Assembly: GCA_951406725.2 (NCBI GenBank)
Contig: OX597824.1
Coordinates: 28,210,001-28,274,000, forward strand
Reading direction: 5' to 3'
DNA from: Octopus vulgaris
Taxonomy: Eukaryota
DNA: 64,000 nucleotides
The notes beneath the pieces were generated by a model, which was given only the letters and a program-made list of their open reading frames with translations, had not been told where the DNA came from and ran no database searches. Below, in pieces: positions 40,291 to 55,400 of this stretch. Each line of letters opens with the position of its first letter. The first letter of the stretch is position 1. Made by a program: the position numbers and the translations under genes.

Positions 40291-41509
40291 GGATATTCAT
40301 ACGACCTCATTAAAGCACTTTCGCTCTTTGGTGTCAAAGAGCAAACGTGCTACCGATGCAACATGCTTGTTTTACGTCGGAGAAATTGTAGAACGACGTC
40401 TTCGGCAAGGCTGTTCGAGCATCGATAATGCTTTCGCGAATATGTTGGTTACAACCTCTCTCTAATATATCACTTTCTGTTGTAACTTGTTTGCTATATT
40501 AGTCTACGAGCAAAACGCCCCCGGTCCAACGTACGGTGCTGAGTTGTCAAATATTTAAACCGAATTTTCTCAAAACAACTTGTCCGACCGTCCCATAGGC
40601 CTCCCCTTTGAGAAACACTGATTTAACCTAAATTTGAGACATCTGCAAAAGAAGAAATAAAGATAGATGTTTTTCTATTCCAAAGAAAAACGACTTCCCA
40701 CGGCGTTAGCGATCGCATTCTCACCTGGAATTGATTTTTGAAATGTTTTCAAGACTTATACACACTCTGATAACATCGGTATCTACAAATCAAATTTGAG
40801 CGCAATCGGATGGAGGATGCTCGAGATCCTAGAAGCCGCACACACAAACAGACACAAACAAATACACACAGACCCAACGGATTTTATATAAGAGATATAT
40901 TACAAAAAGCTTTATGGAGAGGGGCCCATTGTTGATGGGTCACCAGCAACAAGTTCTCTAAATTTTGTCGTAAGTTTTATCTAAAGACAACGACTGATTT
41001 AACTTCTAACAACTAGGATGCTGGCTATACGTCTTATCCACGGCAGATCAGAAACTAGCCTCATCATCAGTAAGATATGATAGTTAATGCTTTCTCATAC
41101 TTCCTTTATGTTTTGGCTTTCCGTGTTGAACTTCATACATACTTCATACAATTTCCGAATTTGCAAAGCTCCAATGACATTATCGTTAATCCAAAAAAAA
41201 AAAAGACAAAAACAGCAAAGAACAAAGAAAAGCAGAAACATAAACAGAGAAAAAGAAAACGAATAGATATACCCCGCCAAACGGAGAAACAACTGCATGG
41301 AGCGACAGAGCATCACACACACACACCAGCCTTCTCGCACGAATTATCATGATACACTAAACTGGATTTTTTCTTTCGATTTTTTTTTTTTTTTGCTAGC
41401 TCTAGCCGCAGAGACTATGGACATGTTTAAACACTCCACTGTCGTCACCTTCACATAATCGCATAATATTTACTGCAGGGCAACTTTCCATTCTCTGCCA
41501 TCAGTGGAG

Positions 41510-41591
41510 TAATAATAATAATAATAACAATACTAATAACAACAATAACGAAAAACAACAAGACAACAGCTACAACAGCAACAGCAATAGC

Positions 41592-41635
<44 letters not shown>

Positions 41636-41687
41636 TAATAATAATAACAATAATAAAAAATAATAGTAGTAGTACCAGTAGTAGTAA

Positions 41688-41769
<82 letters not shown>

Positions 41770-41836
41770 TGTTGTTGTTCTAGTAATAGCTATAGTAATA
41801 ATGATAATAATGATAATATTAATAATAATAGTGATG

Positions 41837-41898
<62 letters not shown>

Positions 41899-41905
41899 TA
41901 ATAAT
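41510..41905. repeat. Compound (AAT)/(AAC)/(AGT) array
   Basis: Directly visible. Confidence 0.95.
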
Positions 41906-42477
41906 GGTAGTAAATCGGACAATAAAACACCATTCCATTAAGCACTCTAATGTTATTAATCTTTCTTTTCCCTCCTTTTCTTCTTCCTTAGTGGTTTCCA
42001 TTTATTTCTATTATCGAAATTATTGTTATTGTATTGTTGTTATTATTATTATTATGGTTGTTGTTGTTTCAATATATTATTCTTACTTCCTATTCTCTAT
42101 ATTCTGCTATATTTTACCACTTCGTTTTCTCTCGTTTTGTTCTTCTTTGTCTTTACATTTTTATATTTTTTGTTTCTTGTATTTTTTTTTACTATTTCCC
42201 TGATTCCCAGACACACACACCCTCACCTTTATAACGGTTTCATGCTTCTAAATGACGATAATGTTGATGATGATGATGACGAGGAGGACGAGAAAGAGAA
42301 GGAGGTGGATGAAGATGGTGAGGAGGAGAAGCAAGAAGAAGATATGGAGTAAAGGAGATGCCAATATCCTTCTCTCTTTTATTTCCAATCCTTTCAAAAT
42401 ATCTACACCTCTCTATCTTTTCCATGTGTCATACCATACACGCAGACGTCCACCACATACACGGGCACACAAGACAC

Positions 42478-42522
<45 letters not shown>

Positions 42523-42662
42523 AGAGAGTGATAATGTGTGTATGTATGTATGTATCTATCTATCTATCTATTTACATTTATATATATATATATACACACA
42601 CATATATATATACATATTTTTGTATATATATATATATATGTTTATATACAATCTGTGTCTTT

Positions 42663-42772
<110 letters not shown>

Positions 42773-43389
42773 CATATATATATATATACTTATATATATA
42801 TATATATATAGTATATTACGCTGCACGTATTACGTATCATCTTTCTCTTTGCTATTCTGTTGATTGCTACCTTCTTCCCCTCTTTTGCCTTCATTCTCAC
42901 ACATGCGGCCGCAAATGTGCATGCCACTCTCCTCCATTTTATATATCACCCTTTTACTCCTTGTCTTTCTTTCTTTCTGTCTGTCTTTCTTCCTCCCTCT
43001 CTCTCCTTCTCTCTCTCTACCCTCTATGTCAGTTTATTTCTCTTTACAACAGACACACACACAGAAACACCGTCTCTTTTTCCTTCCCTAACTTACTTCC
43101 CCGACGGAGTAATCTGCTATAAATCTGCTCGGTGTGACCAAGGTGATTGACTAAGTCACTTAACATTATGAGAAATTGGACGGCAGCAAAAATTGTCTCC
43201 CGAGAGTTGAGCGAGAATTCAGCGTGATTGAACGTGATATAAAAATGTACCAAGTAATAGTGGTTATTGAAAATGGAGCCGAACGAAAACTGACAGATGC
43301 AGCAGCATAAAAAAAAAAAGGTGATACTAACAAAAACAACACTTCACTTCAACAATAACATTACTCCCGCTAATACTTCAATAAAAAGA

Positions 43390-43447
<58 letters not shown>

Positions 43448-43479
43448 ACACCACCACCACCACTACCACCACCACCACC

Positions 43480-43513
<34 letters not shown>

Positions 43514-43586
43514 ATAATAATAATAATAATAATAATAACATTAATAACAATAATAACAATAATAATACTAATAGTAGTTGTAGTCG

Positions 43587-43670
<84 letters not shown>
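43390..43670. repeat. Compound (ACT)/(ACC)/(AAT)/(CGT)/(AGT) array
   Basis: Directly visible. Confidence 0.95.
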
Positions 43671-46279
43671 AAATAAGAAGAATAAAATATCGATGGCAGT
43701 AAAAATAAATGCAAAAATTGTCTTCCGTATATTTGGAACTAAAAGCAAAAAAAAAAAAAGAAAAGAAAATGAATCACCGGAAGGCAAAAGAACAAAACAA
43801 GAAAAGAAAAATTAAATATACCCTCCCAAAAATACATGCAATCTGAAAATATACACAAATGTCAACCGCGTTAGCAGCGTTACTAAGAAAAATAACAACA
43901 AGGGTGATGATGGTGATGATGATGATGATGATTTTCTTTTCTTTTATTGCCTCTTAGGTGACGCATGATGAGGCAATATTACAAAGGCAGGTTGCAAACG
44001 TGTGGTGGTTTACACTGAAATCGGTTGATGAGTACAAAAAAGAATAAGATTTTATACACAGTATACAGGTCTATATTTTAGCCTTTTACGGCTAATCAAA
44101 GAGACCTGCACATGAAGAAATATCTGAGTACAAATCATAAGTCCACAGTCGTAACTCTGTTCCTGTACATTGACGCGTAGTTTTTCCTATCGAACTTTGA
44201 ACGACTCAGTCACCTGTATTTCAAAACGTTCATTTTAATGACAACCCAATGTTCTATTTTCACTGTCATCCTCCTCCGTTCCTAGGTTTATTTAAAAAAA
44301 CCGAGAAGAGGTTTGTCTAAAAGGAAAATGTCTCTTTTGACTGCTACATTTTTTTTTCTCCATCGAATTTCTTTCTACATTGCTAGCAATTAACAGAACA
44401 GCCTGTGCTTCTGATCAAAGGAATATGACGATCTAAATTTTGCTATGGGCTCAGGTGAGACTGCGCTCCGTCATAACGCAGCAACAGCTGTCCGACGTGA
44501 CTTTGGACATAACTTTTCTGTCTACATCTCAGACAGGGATTCGTGTTGCAAAATTAATAGAATATCTCACTATCAACACCTCAACCTTGATGCCTTTCCA
44601 GTTATCCTTTTCTAATTTCATCACTTGCATATATACTTTCTAACTTAGATTCTGTATTGCAATTTTTTGATATATCTGGTTGATTTTACACCAATCGATT
44701 TTACATCTAGTGATTATCACTGTTACCAGTTTCAACCGTCAATGGGATCTTAAATAATCTGCTAAGCCTGTTGCCTCAGGATTTAAACACAAAGCTTTCA
44801 TAGACAGGGACACACAGTGTCTGTACATTGTATATCCAGTTCGATCACATGATGCATGAGATAAAAATAACTGCCATCCTATATAATGACGATCCGATGA
44901 ACTAAATTTGATTTCTGCCCCTATCTATTGATTTCTACCCATATCTGCATGGTTCCATGTGACTATCCCATGTCTAGCCGAATGCATTAAGTAAATCTAG
45001 TGGCTTATGGTTAGATAGCTACTAGTTGAAACTAACAATTCAAGATTTTTGCAAGGCATTCATAATACCCTCGATCATGTGCCTAAATTTCACGTTATTA
45101 GTATGCATCTCAAACTCTGTCCTAGTTTTTCCACTACTACTAAATAAAACGGCGTTAGGAAAACTGCTTCTATACACCAGAAGGAATCTGACCACCAAAT
45201 GGCTAATAATAGAGTGACGGCTGCTTGCCTGAAGGCATCGTTCTAGCTGTTGAACACGTCGAGCGTTATTTTCCTAAACTAAGTTGATTCATATTTCATG
45301 AAGAAATCTTTCATAAACAACACAGTCGTTCCGAAGAGAGGCGTGAGACAGTGCTTCGGAGTCAACGCTCTCTTTGTGTTCTGAAGGTGGTGAGCAGATG
45401 ACCTTGCTTCCAAGCCAACACCACGCTATATATATTTCTAAAACCTACATCTGCTCACAGATATCGTTGCGTTGCGATGTCCTTTTAAGGAAGAATTGTG
45501 AAGAGTGCTTACTCATAACTTTGATATTGAGGATTAAATTACCAATGGATACAACTTATTGCAAATAACACAGTGTAAACATGAAAACCTACCGGATCTT
45601 ATAAAAATTATACAATTGCGTTAAAGACATAGTCTTTCTTAGCAGTGATAAATGCAGCAATAAAACCAACAACGTTTCCTCAGTAGTCTTCGGAGCACAT
45701 TTTGAAGAATAACAACAAACGTGAGAAAACAACCTCTCATAGAGAATGTCTAAATAATAAACTTAAATATGATTAGCCTTGAATGTTGTTATTTTATATA
45801 TATACATGTTACTTTAGCTAATATTAAAACCCTCCGTGAATGTCGATATATTTTTGTATATTTAGAAGTGTGATATATCATAGAAGAAAGGGTAAAAAAA
45901 TATCCGTAGTATTAAGCTTTTTTCATATATATATAAAAAAACTACTTTGGAAAATAGTTTTTAAGGGAGATAAATGGTCAGTCTTCTGTGAAGGCATGTA
46001 AGTATTTTACTTACAGAAGATAAAAAATACAAACAGAATCCCCGTAAAAAACATTTATAAACAAAGTAATGGCATCAGTTAGAGAATATAATAAATAGGG
46101 AAGAGAGAACATGGAATGAAATCATTCAGAAAGATGATAGAAGAGACGAAATATTGGCAAATATAGAATGATGAATAATGATAGAAATAGCTAAGATTTA
46201 GCAACGAACCAAAAGAATACACCCTTCATTTTCTTGCTACATACCTACATACACACATATATGCATATGTATATATATG

Positions 46280-46363
<84 letters not shown>

Positions 46364-47164
46364 AATATATATATATATATATGTATATATGTATATATAT
46401 ATGTATATATAGTGTGGTGGGGGATATATATATATATATAGGTAGATAGATGTAATGTCATTTGTATTTTTTTTCAATATTACTTGAATTAACAAGAAAA
46501 AACGGTCTTATCGATGTGTTTTATGTGGGATGTGTGTTGTGGATTGTTTTTTATGTTTGGAATAATTTACAGACGATGAAGCAGAAATAAATGAGCATTT
46601 TCGACACCTTCAATACAGATACAAAGCTGCTAAAACCTCTGGAGAGATTTTACTGAAAGAACAGTACAGAAAATAGTTTTCAGGCTGCAGTAAGGGTATA
46701 CTTGACCTCACAGTCTCTTCAGGGTCCAGCCAGTCTATCCTGTTCAATTGCAACCACGACGGCCTAGTCGATCTACAAGGGTTTGGCCTGTCAGATGTTC
46801 TAATCTCCATAGAAATGCTTGAAAACCAAACAGTCAATATAGAATATTGCGCTTAGCATGTGTACTGGTTCAGCGAAGTAATCGACTGAAATGAAACGAT
46901 CGGCGACACGTCGTCTTCTTTGAACGCATAACTCTTTGCATTAACGACATGCATCTCACAAAGTTGTCTCTGATATCTTCAGCAGTTTATTCAATTCAAT
47001 GTAGAGTGTCAGTGTCAAGAGCTTTAATTTCATTGAGTTGTATTTGTCTTCAAATAAACAACAAAAGTCTCAAGACAAACAATATCCAATGTGGTTTGTT
47101 GCAACGAACGATAGCAGGGGCCAGCAAAGCTTACATTCAGTTGTACAATAATAAGTGTGTGTAA

Positions 47165-47775
47165 GGCGGCGAGCTGGCAGAAACGTTAGCACGCCGGGCG
47201 AAACGCGTAGCCGTATTTCGTCTGACGTTACGTTCTGAGTTCAAATTCCGTCGAGGTCGACTTTGCCTTTCATTCTTTGGGGTCGATAAAATAAGTACCA
47301 GTTACGCACTGGGGTTGATATAATCGACTTAATCCGTTTGTCTGTCCTTGTTTGTCCCCTCTATGTTTAGCCCCTTCTGGGCAATAAAGAAATAAGAAAC
47401 GTTAGCACGCCGACCGAAATGCTTAGCAGTATTTTGTCTGCCGCTACTTTCTGAGTTGAAATTCTGCCGAGGTCGACTTTGCTCTTTCATCCTTTCGGGA
47501 TCGATAAATTAAATGCCAGATACACACTGGGGTCGATATAATCGACTTAATCCGTCTGTCCGTCCTTGTTTGTCTCCTCTGTGTTTAGCCCCTTGTGGGT
47601 AGTAAAGAAATAGGTATTTCGTCTATCTTTATGTTCTGAGTTCAAATTCCGCAGAGGTTCACTTTGCCTTACCTTCTTTCGAGGTCCAAAGAGTAAGTAA
47701 CAGCCGCGTAGCGGCTTCGATCTTATCGAATTGCACCCTCCCCCTAAATTTCGGGCCTTGTGCCTAGAGTAGAAA
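47165..47775 (+). mobile_element. SINE family A, trimeric
   Basis: Same layout as 25795-26375. Confidence 0.9.
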
Positions 47776-48149
47776 TGAATAATAATTATGTGTGAAATCT
47801 CGCAAATATCTACTTGATCTTCACCTCACACTAGTAAAATTCAAATCAGGTAAAATATCCTAACAACAAAAACACCTGTCGGTTTGTGTTATCAGCGTAG
47901 ATAACGCCAAGAAAGCACAAGCATTGATGATGCCTTCCGCCTATCCTTTTTTTTTTTTGATGAGGTCTTGGCTTTCAATGAATTTAAGTCTATGTGTAAG
48001 GGAAGTATGCCACTACAGGGCCTCAAGAGAAAAGGATCAAGTGTATCGTGTATTAATTATAAAGATAATACAAATTCAAATTCTTAGATATGAAGCGTAA
48101 GAGACAATATCCTACTATACAAGAATTACATATATATATATATATATAT

Positions 48150-48345
48150 AATTATGATAAAGGGTTTCTGTGCAACAAGTTGCTTAAACCACATACCGAA
48201 AATATTAAAAATGGCAGTCAAAAGGCTACTATTACTATTACTACAAAAATAAGTCTCCGCAAACAACAGCCCTTGTAACTCATACCGAAATTACTACTAG
48301 ATGAAATTTATTGATTTTATTAAATTAATTATATTTCACCCTTTA

Positions 48346-48350
<5 letters not shown>
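48150..48350 (+). mobile_element. TA-embedded fragment related to the end of element H2
   Basis: Reverse complement AAAGGGTGAAAT..AATTAATT...TTTCGGTATG resembles 29378-29440. Confidence 0.5.
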
Positions 48351-48416
<66 letters not shown>

Positions 48417-48532
48417 GTAGTTGAATTAATTATCCAAGTATGGATAATACGGTTAACCGATACCCGGGTAGCAAATTCCGAGAATAAAGGAATTTTGTTA
48501 AAACGTCGTTCAACTCCATTCTTTCATTTATT

Positions 48533-48605
<73 letters not shown>

Positions 48606-48608
<3 letters not shown>

Positions 48609-49030
48609 GAAGTCGGCCGTATGCTAGAAACAGATCATCAACGATCAAACTACAAGGAAATTCTCTAGAGGAAAAATCCAGCGAAACACCGGAACCAAAT
48701 TTAGCGGGCAGGACAGATGAAAATTTATATAAAAAACAGAATTAAATGCATACCTCGGTTTCGGCCTTTAACAAAAGAATTACTTACGTAATTCAAATGT
48801 CCGTGCTTCTTCAGTGCATTCGTTCATTGTAATGTAAACTGAAAAACTAACCCCAGCTTTCCGTGCCTTGATCATTGATGATCTTTTCTAGCATACGGCC
48901 GACTTCCTAGCAGTAAGCCCTGCCAATATACACATATATTAGAATTTTCGCTGACTTCTCAGATTTTTTGTATGCTGGACTACTGGTTTAAATTGATATT
49001 AAAATTGATATTAATTTATCTCCCTCATTA

Positions 49031-49035
<5 letters not shown>
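48606..49035 (-). mobile_element. HHR element H5 with 42-bp inverted repeat
   Basis: 48606-48648 vs 48868-48909 inverted; (TA)n on both sides. Confidence 0.8.
48745..48820 (-). ncRNA. Type I hammerhead motif, canonical core
   Basis: Minus AATGCA-CTGAAGA-...GAATTAC-gtaa-GTAATTC...-GAAA-CCGAGG-TA-TGCATT: 6-bp stem I, near-palindromic stem III loop. Confidence 0.72.
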
Positions 49036-49091
<56 letters not shown>

Positions 49092-49098
<7 letters not shown>

Positions 49099-49290
49099 AG
49101 GGGTGCTGAAAATTTCAAAGGGTTTGAGCATGGGTTTGAGCATATGAGGGTTAGTTAATTATGATTTTACCCGACATATTCTCCTCTCAAATACAATCAC
49201 TTTTTGCTGTGATCCTTCAGATATTCTAAGCCTTGTAAAAGAACCCGGAAGGGTTGTTCCCAACCAGGCGTTTCGCGACACTCTTAAAGA
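49092..49290 (-). mobile_element. Probable mariner-derived terminal fragment
   Basis: TIR-like GGGGTGCTGAAAA; minus-strand LRGEYVG* resembling a mariner C-terminus. Confidence 0.45.
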
Positions 49291-49326
49291 CAGGAACATA
49301 CATATATACTTATACTTATGCATACA

Positions 49327-49378
<52 letters not shown>

Positions 49379-49460
49379 GGGAGAAATCACAAAAAAAAGA
49401 CGAAGACAGGTGGTATAGACGACAAACCGATGTATTAGTATAACGTTCGGGGGTGAAAAT

Positions 49461-49496
49461 CTTTAGCGTTTCGAGCCTACGCTCTGCCACAGAAAG
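49461..49496 (-). ncRNA. Decayed minimal hammerhead in short TA-flanked element (49378-49505)
   Basis: Minus CTTT-CTGTGGC-A-GAGC-gtag-GCTC-GAAA-CGC-T-AAAG: stems intact, 5' core mutated; same GAGC/GCTC stem as H1. Confidence 0.5.
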
Positions 49497-49554
49497 GAAC
49501 ACAGATATATACGTACAGGCGCACATACATAAATATATAGAGAGAGATAGAAGA

Positions 49555-49783
49555 GGCGGCGAGCTGGCAGAACCTTTAGCACGCCGGGCGAAATGCGTAG
49601 CCGTATTTCGTCTGCCGTTACGTTCTGAGTTCAAATTTCGCCGAGGTCGACTTTGCCTTTCCTCCTTTCGGGGTCGATAAATTAAATACTAGTTACGCAC
49701 TGGCGTCGATGTAATCAACTTAATCCCTTTGTAAGTCCTTGTTTGTCCCCTCTATGTGTAGCCCCTTGTGGGCAGTAAAGAAA
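49555..49783 (+). mobile_element. SINE family A monomer
   Basis: Near consensus. Confidence 0.9.
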
Positions 49784-50226
49784 TATATATATATATATAT
49801 ATAGATAGAAAGTTATACAGATAGAGAGAAAGAGAGAGAGAAAGAGAGAGACGTATATGTATGTATACATGCATGTATAGGTATATGTATATAATTATGT
49901 AGGCTTTATATAAACATATTTATATATGAAATTGAAAAGCTATAAGACATAATTCTTATTGCGAAAAGGTTTCCGCTTTTGCTAATGTGTAAATTTAATT
50001 CGGAACAGCTAAACCTTCCCAGCTGAATATGTTTAAACTATAGGGTGCTTTATTTTTGGCTACAACCAGTGACGGCAATACACAATAGAGGAGTAATTAT
50101 TTGGTTTCTAGAATTAAATATTTCAGAGATTTTCATAACTCGGAGAACGTTTAGTTAAAATTTAGCAATGATTAATGTCTCTTCGACATTTGTAATATAA
50201 TAAAGTGCCAAGCGTTATAACTACGC

Positions 50227-50261
<35 letters not shown>

Positions 50262-50645
50262 CACACTCCCACACTCTCACACACACACAAATACACATTC
50301 ATACACAGCCATACACTCACACATACATTCACACACACACACACTAACTCACACAAACTCACACCCACAAAATCACACACACACAGACTTACACATACAT
50401 AGATATAAAGTGTATATGTGCAGATATGCATTCATGTTTGTGTGTATGTCTGTGTGTATGAATGCATTGGTACCTATATGTATATATATGTGTGTGTGTG
50501 TATGTGTGTGTGAAAGCATAAAAATATACGCGCCCAAGCGTATACATATGCATATATGTACATATATGCGGGTATATGTTTGCCAAATATTTTCTACCTA
50601 TTTCTTTGTATGTAGATGTGTGTATTTGCTTGTGTGCGTGCGCAT

Positions 50646-50699
<54 letters not shown>

Positions 50700-50889
50700 A
50701 TGAATACATGAAGTTTTATTCGTATTCAATCCGCTATATATCTATACATTTCTGAAAGTGAAAGTAGAAAGCATATACACAAACACGTATACATACACTG
50801 GCGAATATGTGTATACATATCTATGCGAATGTACCTATATGGTAGCCAAATATCCTCTGGTTTGTGTGTGTATTTGTGTGTGTATTTGC

Positions 50890-50930
<41 letters not shown>

Positions 50931-51491
50931 CAGGCAGGAAGACATAAATACACATTAATTAGGTTGTTGGCATCCTCAGAATCGAAACTCATGCTGCAAT
51001 ATCGTTATTTGTTCAGTTGTTTTATTGATCAATAGCATAAGTTCGGCTTGTTAATTAGTTCTCAATACAAACGGAAAGAGCAAAGCAATTGAATTGAAGT
51101 TTCTTTATCGCTGCAGATTTATTCAAAACCTTTTCAAACACTCACACACACACACTCCCAAACGCGCCCCCTCTCCCCTTTCTCTCCTTCTCTCATTCTC
51201 TCTCCCGTACGCATACACTTTCTCTTCCTTCCGTACACTCAGATACTCACGCCCGCGCACTGACAATCACGTTAGTGAAGTGAGCGATAGAGAGACAGTG
51301 TCAGAGAAGAAGAGATAGTGTTTGACGGGAAAGCCAAGTAGACAAATTATTAGAATACCTTCATAACAGTAAGTGTATGTGAGATTGTTTGTGCGGGCGC
51401 ACATGCTTTGTGTCTGTGTCTGCGTGCGTGTCTATGTATGATTTTGTCTGTGTGCGCGTGAGCGTTTATATATATATATATATATATATAC

Positions 51492-52260
<769 letters not shown>

Positions 52261-52821
52261 CCGATATCTATCAATGGTCTTGCCTTCCGATACCTTTGTG
52301 GAGACAGACTTGCATCTTAGATTAAATGCATAAAACTATAGAATGATGGTGATATATATACCTGTAGCATTTGGCGACGTTCATTATCGTTTCTTATTTA
52401 ATGTTCCAAATTACAATATTAGCCACAGTCAACATGGTAAAAGAAATCACCGACCAATTTCTGTTCATTTGTCCTTGATCCTGTCTCCAATAACCAGCTT
52501 CACAAGATTAATTTGTGCTAATTTTCAAGATGAATTACATCGATGTCGTATACTTTCAACAGAGGGTCGTTTTCGCTTCAGCAATGTTAAACTGAGACGT
52601 AAGCACATGCGACTGAGAACGTATGGCTCATGAGGAGAAGAGCAAAAACACACTCATCTACATACACACACACACACACACACGCACTCACACACACACA
52701 CATACACATACATACATAGATATATACATACATACATACATACCTATACATACATATATATACACACACACATATATATATATGTATATATATGTATATG
52801 TATGTGTGTGTGTATATATAT

Positions 52822-52880
<59 letters not shown>

Positions 52881-52907
52881 ATATATATGTATGTATGTAT
52901 ATATATA

Positions 52908-52958
<51 letters not shown>

Positions 52959-53859
52959 TTATAAATATAAATTAATAATTTTAAATTTTTAACTTTAAAT
53001 TTAAATAATTAAAATTTTGAATTTTATATTTTATATATTTTGTATTTTATATTAATTAATTTTATTTCTATGTTTTGGTTTATGTTTTTCACTGTTTGAT
53101 TTGCCTAATAGTGGTTTTATCTCTAATTTAATTTATATATATATACATATATATATATGGATGTAAGGTCCAGGGATTGAGGTGTAGGAAGAAAGTTAGC
53201 TTCGAGCAATCCGCAGTGAATATAAAAAACAACTTTCAGGAACAATAATGATTTATTGAAACGGAAGGTTGTGGTTTTTATTTTTCCTTTATTGAAGCTT
53301 AAAAAAGTTCTTTTTATATTCCTCGGTAGGCAACCAGGGTTGCCGACTGTGCGAAAGAGAATACAAGAGTTACGGAATGGAGTATGGGAAAACCGGGTTA
53401 CACTTTTCTGACAGCGAGTGGAACCTCAGAAGTTATTGAATCCAAGTGAGTTGTATACAGCCGGCTATTATTCAGGGTCAAATATATTTTCATTAGATTA
53501 AAGGCTAATTTGTCGCAATATAGTACATTTTGCCGCAAAGATACTATCAGAATGTCTGGAGGGCACAGTTTGTGAGTGGTACATAAATGAGGAGAGAAAT
53601 ATGTAACAGCAGAAGGTACGAAAGGAGAGAAAGGAAAATCAATAAATAAATGAAATAAAATAAAATATAGGGAAGTGAAAGAAGAGAGAAATTAGAAGGG
53701 TCGGTGGTAGATAATATAGTAGTTTTGGCTTAATCACAGACTTCAACACATTGTAGGGAACGGAATTTGTCTCTATATGTCACATTGTAAATTGCAGCTT
53801 TCCACTAGAATTCGTTTATCTTTTACGGCTGCTGAAGTGTTATAAAAGAGGCGGATGAA

Positions 53860-54075
53860 TGCAGATCAGTGATTAGGTTCTTATAGTTGAAAAGTCGTAC
53901 AGCAAAAAAGACATTCGATGAGATGTAAGAAGCTTATGGTGACGATGCACCATCATACAACGTAGTCAAGCACTGGCATCGCAAGTTCAAATGCGGTCGG
54001 ACAGCGGTGCAAACTGCTATTTCTGGACAACCACATTTCGCCATTGATGACGACACCATCTATGAAGTGGAAGCC
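53860..54075 (+). pseudogene. Mariner transposase N-terminal fragment (irritans-like)
   Basis: RSVIRFL*LKSRTAKKTFDEM*EAYGDDAPSYNVVKHWHRKFKCGRT..SGQP; two stops. Confidence 0.75.
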
Positions 54076-54942
54076 GAATAGAAAAGAATCAAATACTGTC
54101 GGATGTTTTTGAATTTTCTTAGATATACCATGTTTATTTTTCTCCACCAATCAGTTGATTAGATTCCGGGTGACAAATATTGTTGCATTTACACAAAAAG
54201 AAATGCAAAATACATATCGCAATAATATTACCCACGACCATAAGAATTCATGTCAGTATTACTGTCGTTTTCAACTCTTCAAGAAACATACCCCATACTT
54301 TATCGCGATTTTGTGGGATGGCGGTGTGAATGAGCGTTTCACTTTCAGGTCTTCTTCCCGCTAATATGCAGCATTACTTTTATGCAATGGTTTTTGCTGC
54401 TGTTGCTTATCAGGTGCTGTTAGAAGAACTATATGATAATAAAAAGCTGTATGCACTTGTCTATATTATTGTTTGTGTCGTGGGGAAGTTTCGAGGATTT
54501 GGGGAGGGTTCATTCCTTCTGTTCTCTTTGTACACAATGTTTAGGCAAACCAACAACCCACTATTTGCTTTCATTCTTGTTTACAAGATTATTCGCTCTG
54601 AATCAAGCCAATTTGGTTCCCTCAGTCTCTCCTATCATATTTCATTTGAAAATATATTTAAAGTCCTTCTTTTGAAACGTAATATTTTATACCGGTGTTC
54701 TATTATTGAGTTTCTACCAGGCGACCTTCTATTATATTGGTCGCTTACAGCAATAATAAAATTTCCGGGTTGTTGCGTATGTTTTACAGTCGATGTTAGT
54801 ACATTATTATTTCTTATCTATATTTTGCCTAGAAGTATTCTGTTAGAAATCTCTCATTTGTTCCATATATAACACGAGGATGGATCTATATCTTTATGTA
54901 TATGCAGATAGATTCAAATAACAATAATATATTTTATCCTTG

Positions 54943-55400
54943 AGGCAGCAAACTGCCAGAATCGTTAAGGCGGCAAACTGGCAGAATCGTTAGCACGGCG
55001 GGCGAAATGCTTAGCGGCATTTCGTCTGTCTTTATGTTCTGCGTTGAAATTCCGCCGATGTCGACTTTGCTTTTCATTCTTTCGGAGTCGATAAATTAAG
55101 TACCAGTTATGCACTGGGGTCGATGTAATCGACTTAATCCCTTTGTCTGTCCTTGTTTGTCCCCTCAATGTTTATCCCCTTGTGGGCAATAAAGAAATAA
55201 GAATCATTACTGCGTCGGGAAATATACTAGCGGTATTTCTTTCGTTTTTACGTTGGGAGATCCATTATCACCGGGTTCGAATTTGCCCTCCATCCTTTCG
55301 ATGATGATAAAATAAGTACCAATTGATCATTGGCTTCAACATAATACTCTCGCCCCTTCCCTCGAAATCAATAGTCCTGCGCCAAAATTTGAAACCAACA
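54943..55400 (+). mobile_element. SINE family A with duplicated head and a second older unit
   Basis: GGCAGCAAACTGCCAGAATCGTTA then GGCGGCAAACTGGCAGAATCGTTA; second core ~55270-55320. Confidence 0.85.

Noticed and set aside
40600-40900. Possible non-autonomous Helitron-like repeat (also 15410-15530)
   Set aside because: Only vague resemblance; no terminal hairpin or CTRR end could be fixed
41030-41076. Minus TCTTA-CTGATGA...TAAGA
   Set aside because: No GAAA core half in the right orientation
46690-46728. Minus CTGAAGA-GAC...GTC
   Set aside because: No GAAA and no stem I partner; likely chance
54330-54872. 180-aa hydrophobic ORF
   Set aside because: Composition follows T-rich DNA; no motif or splice support
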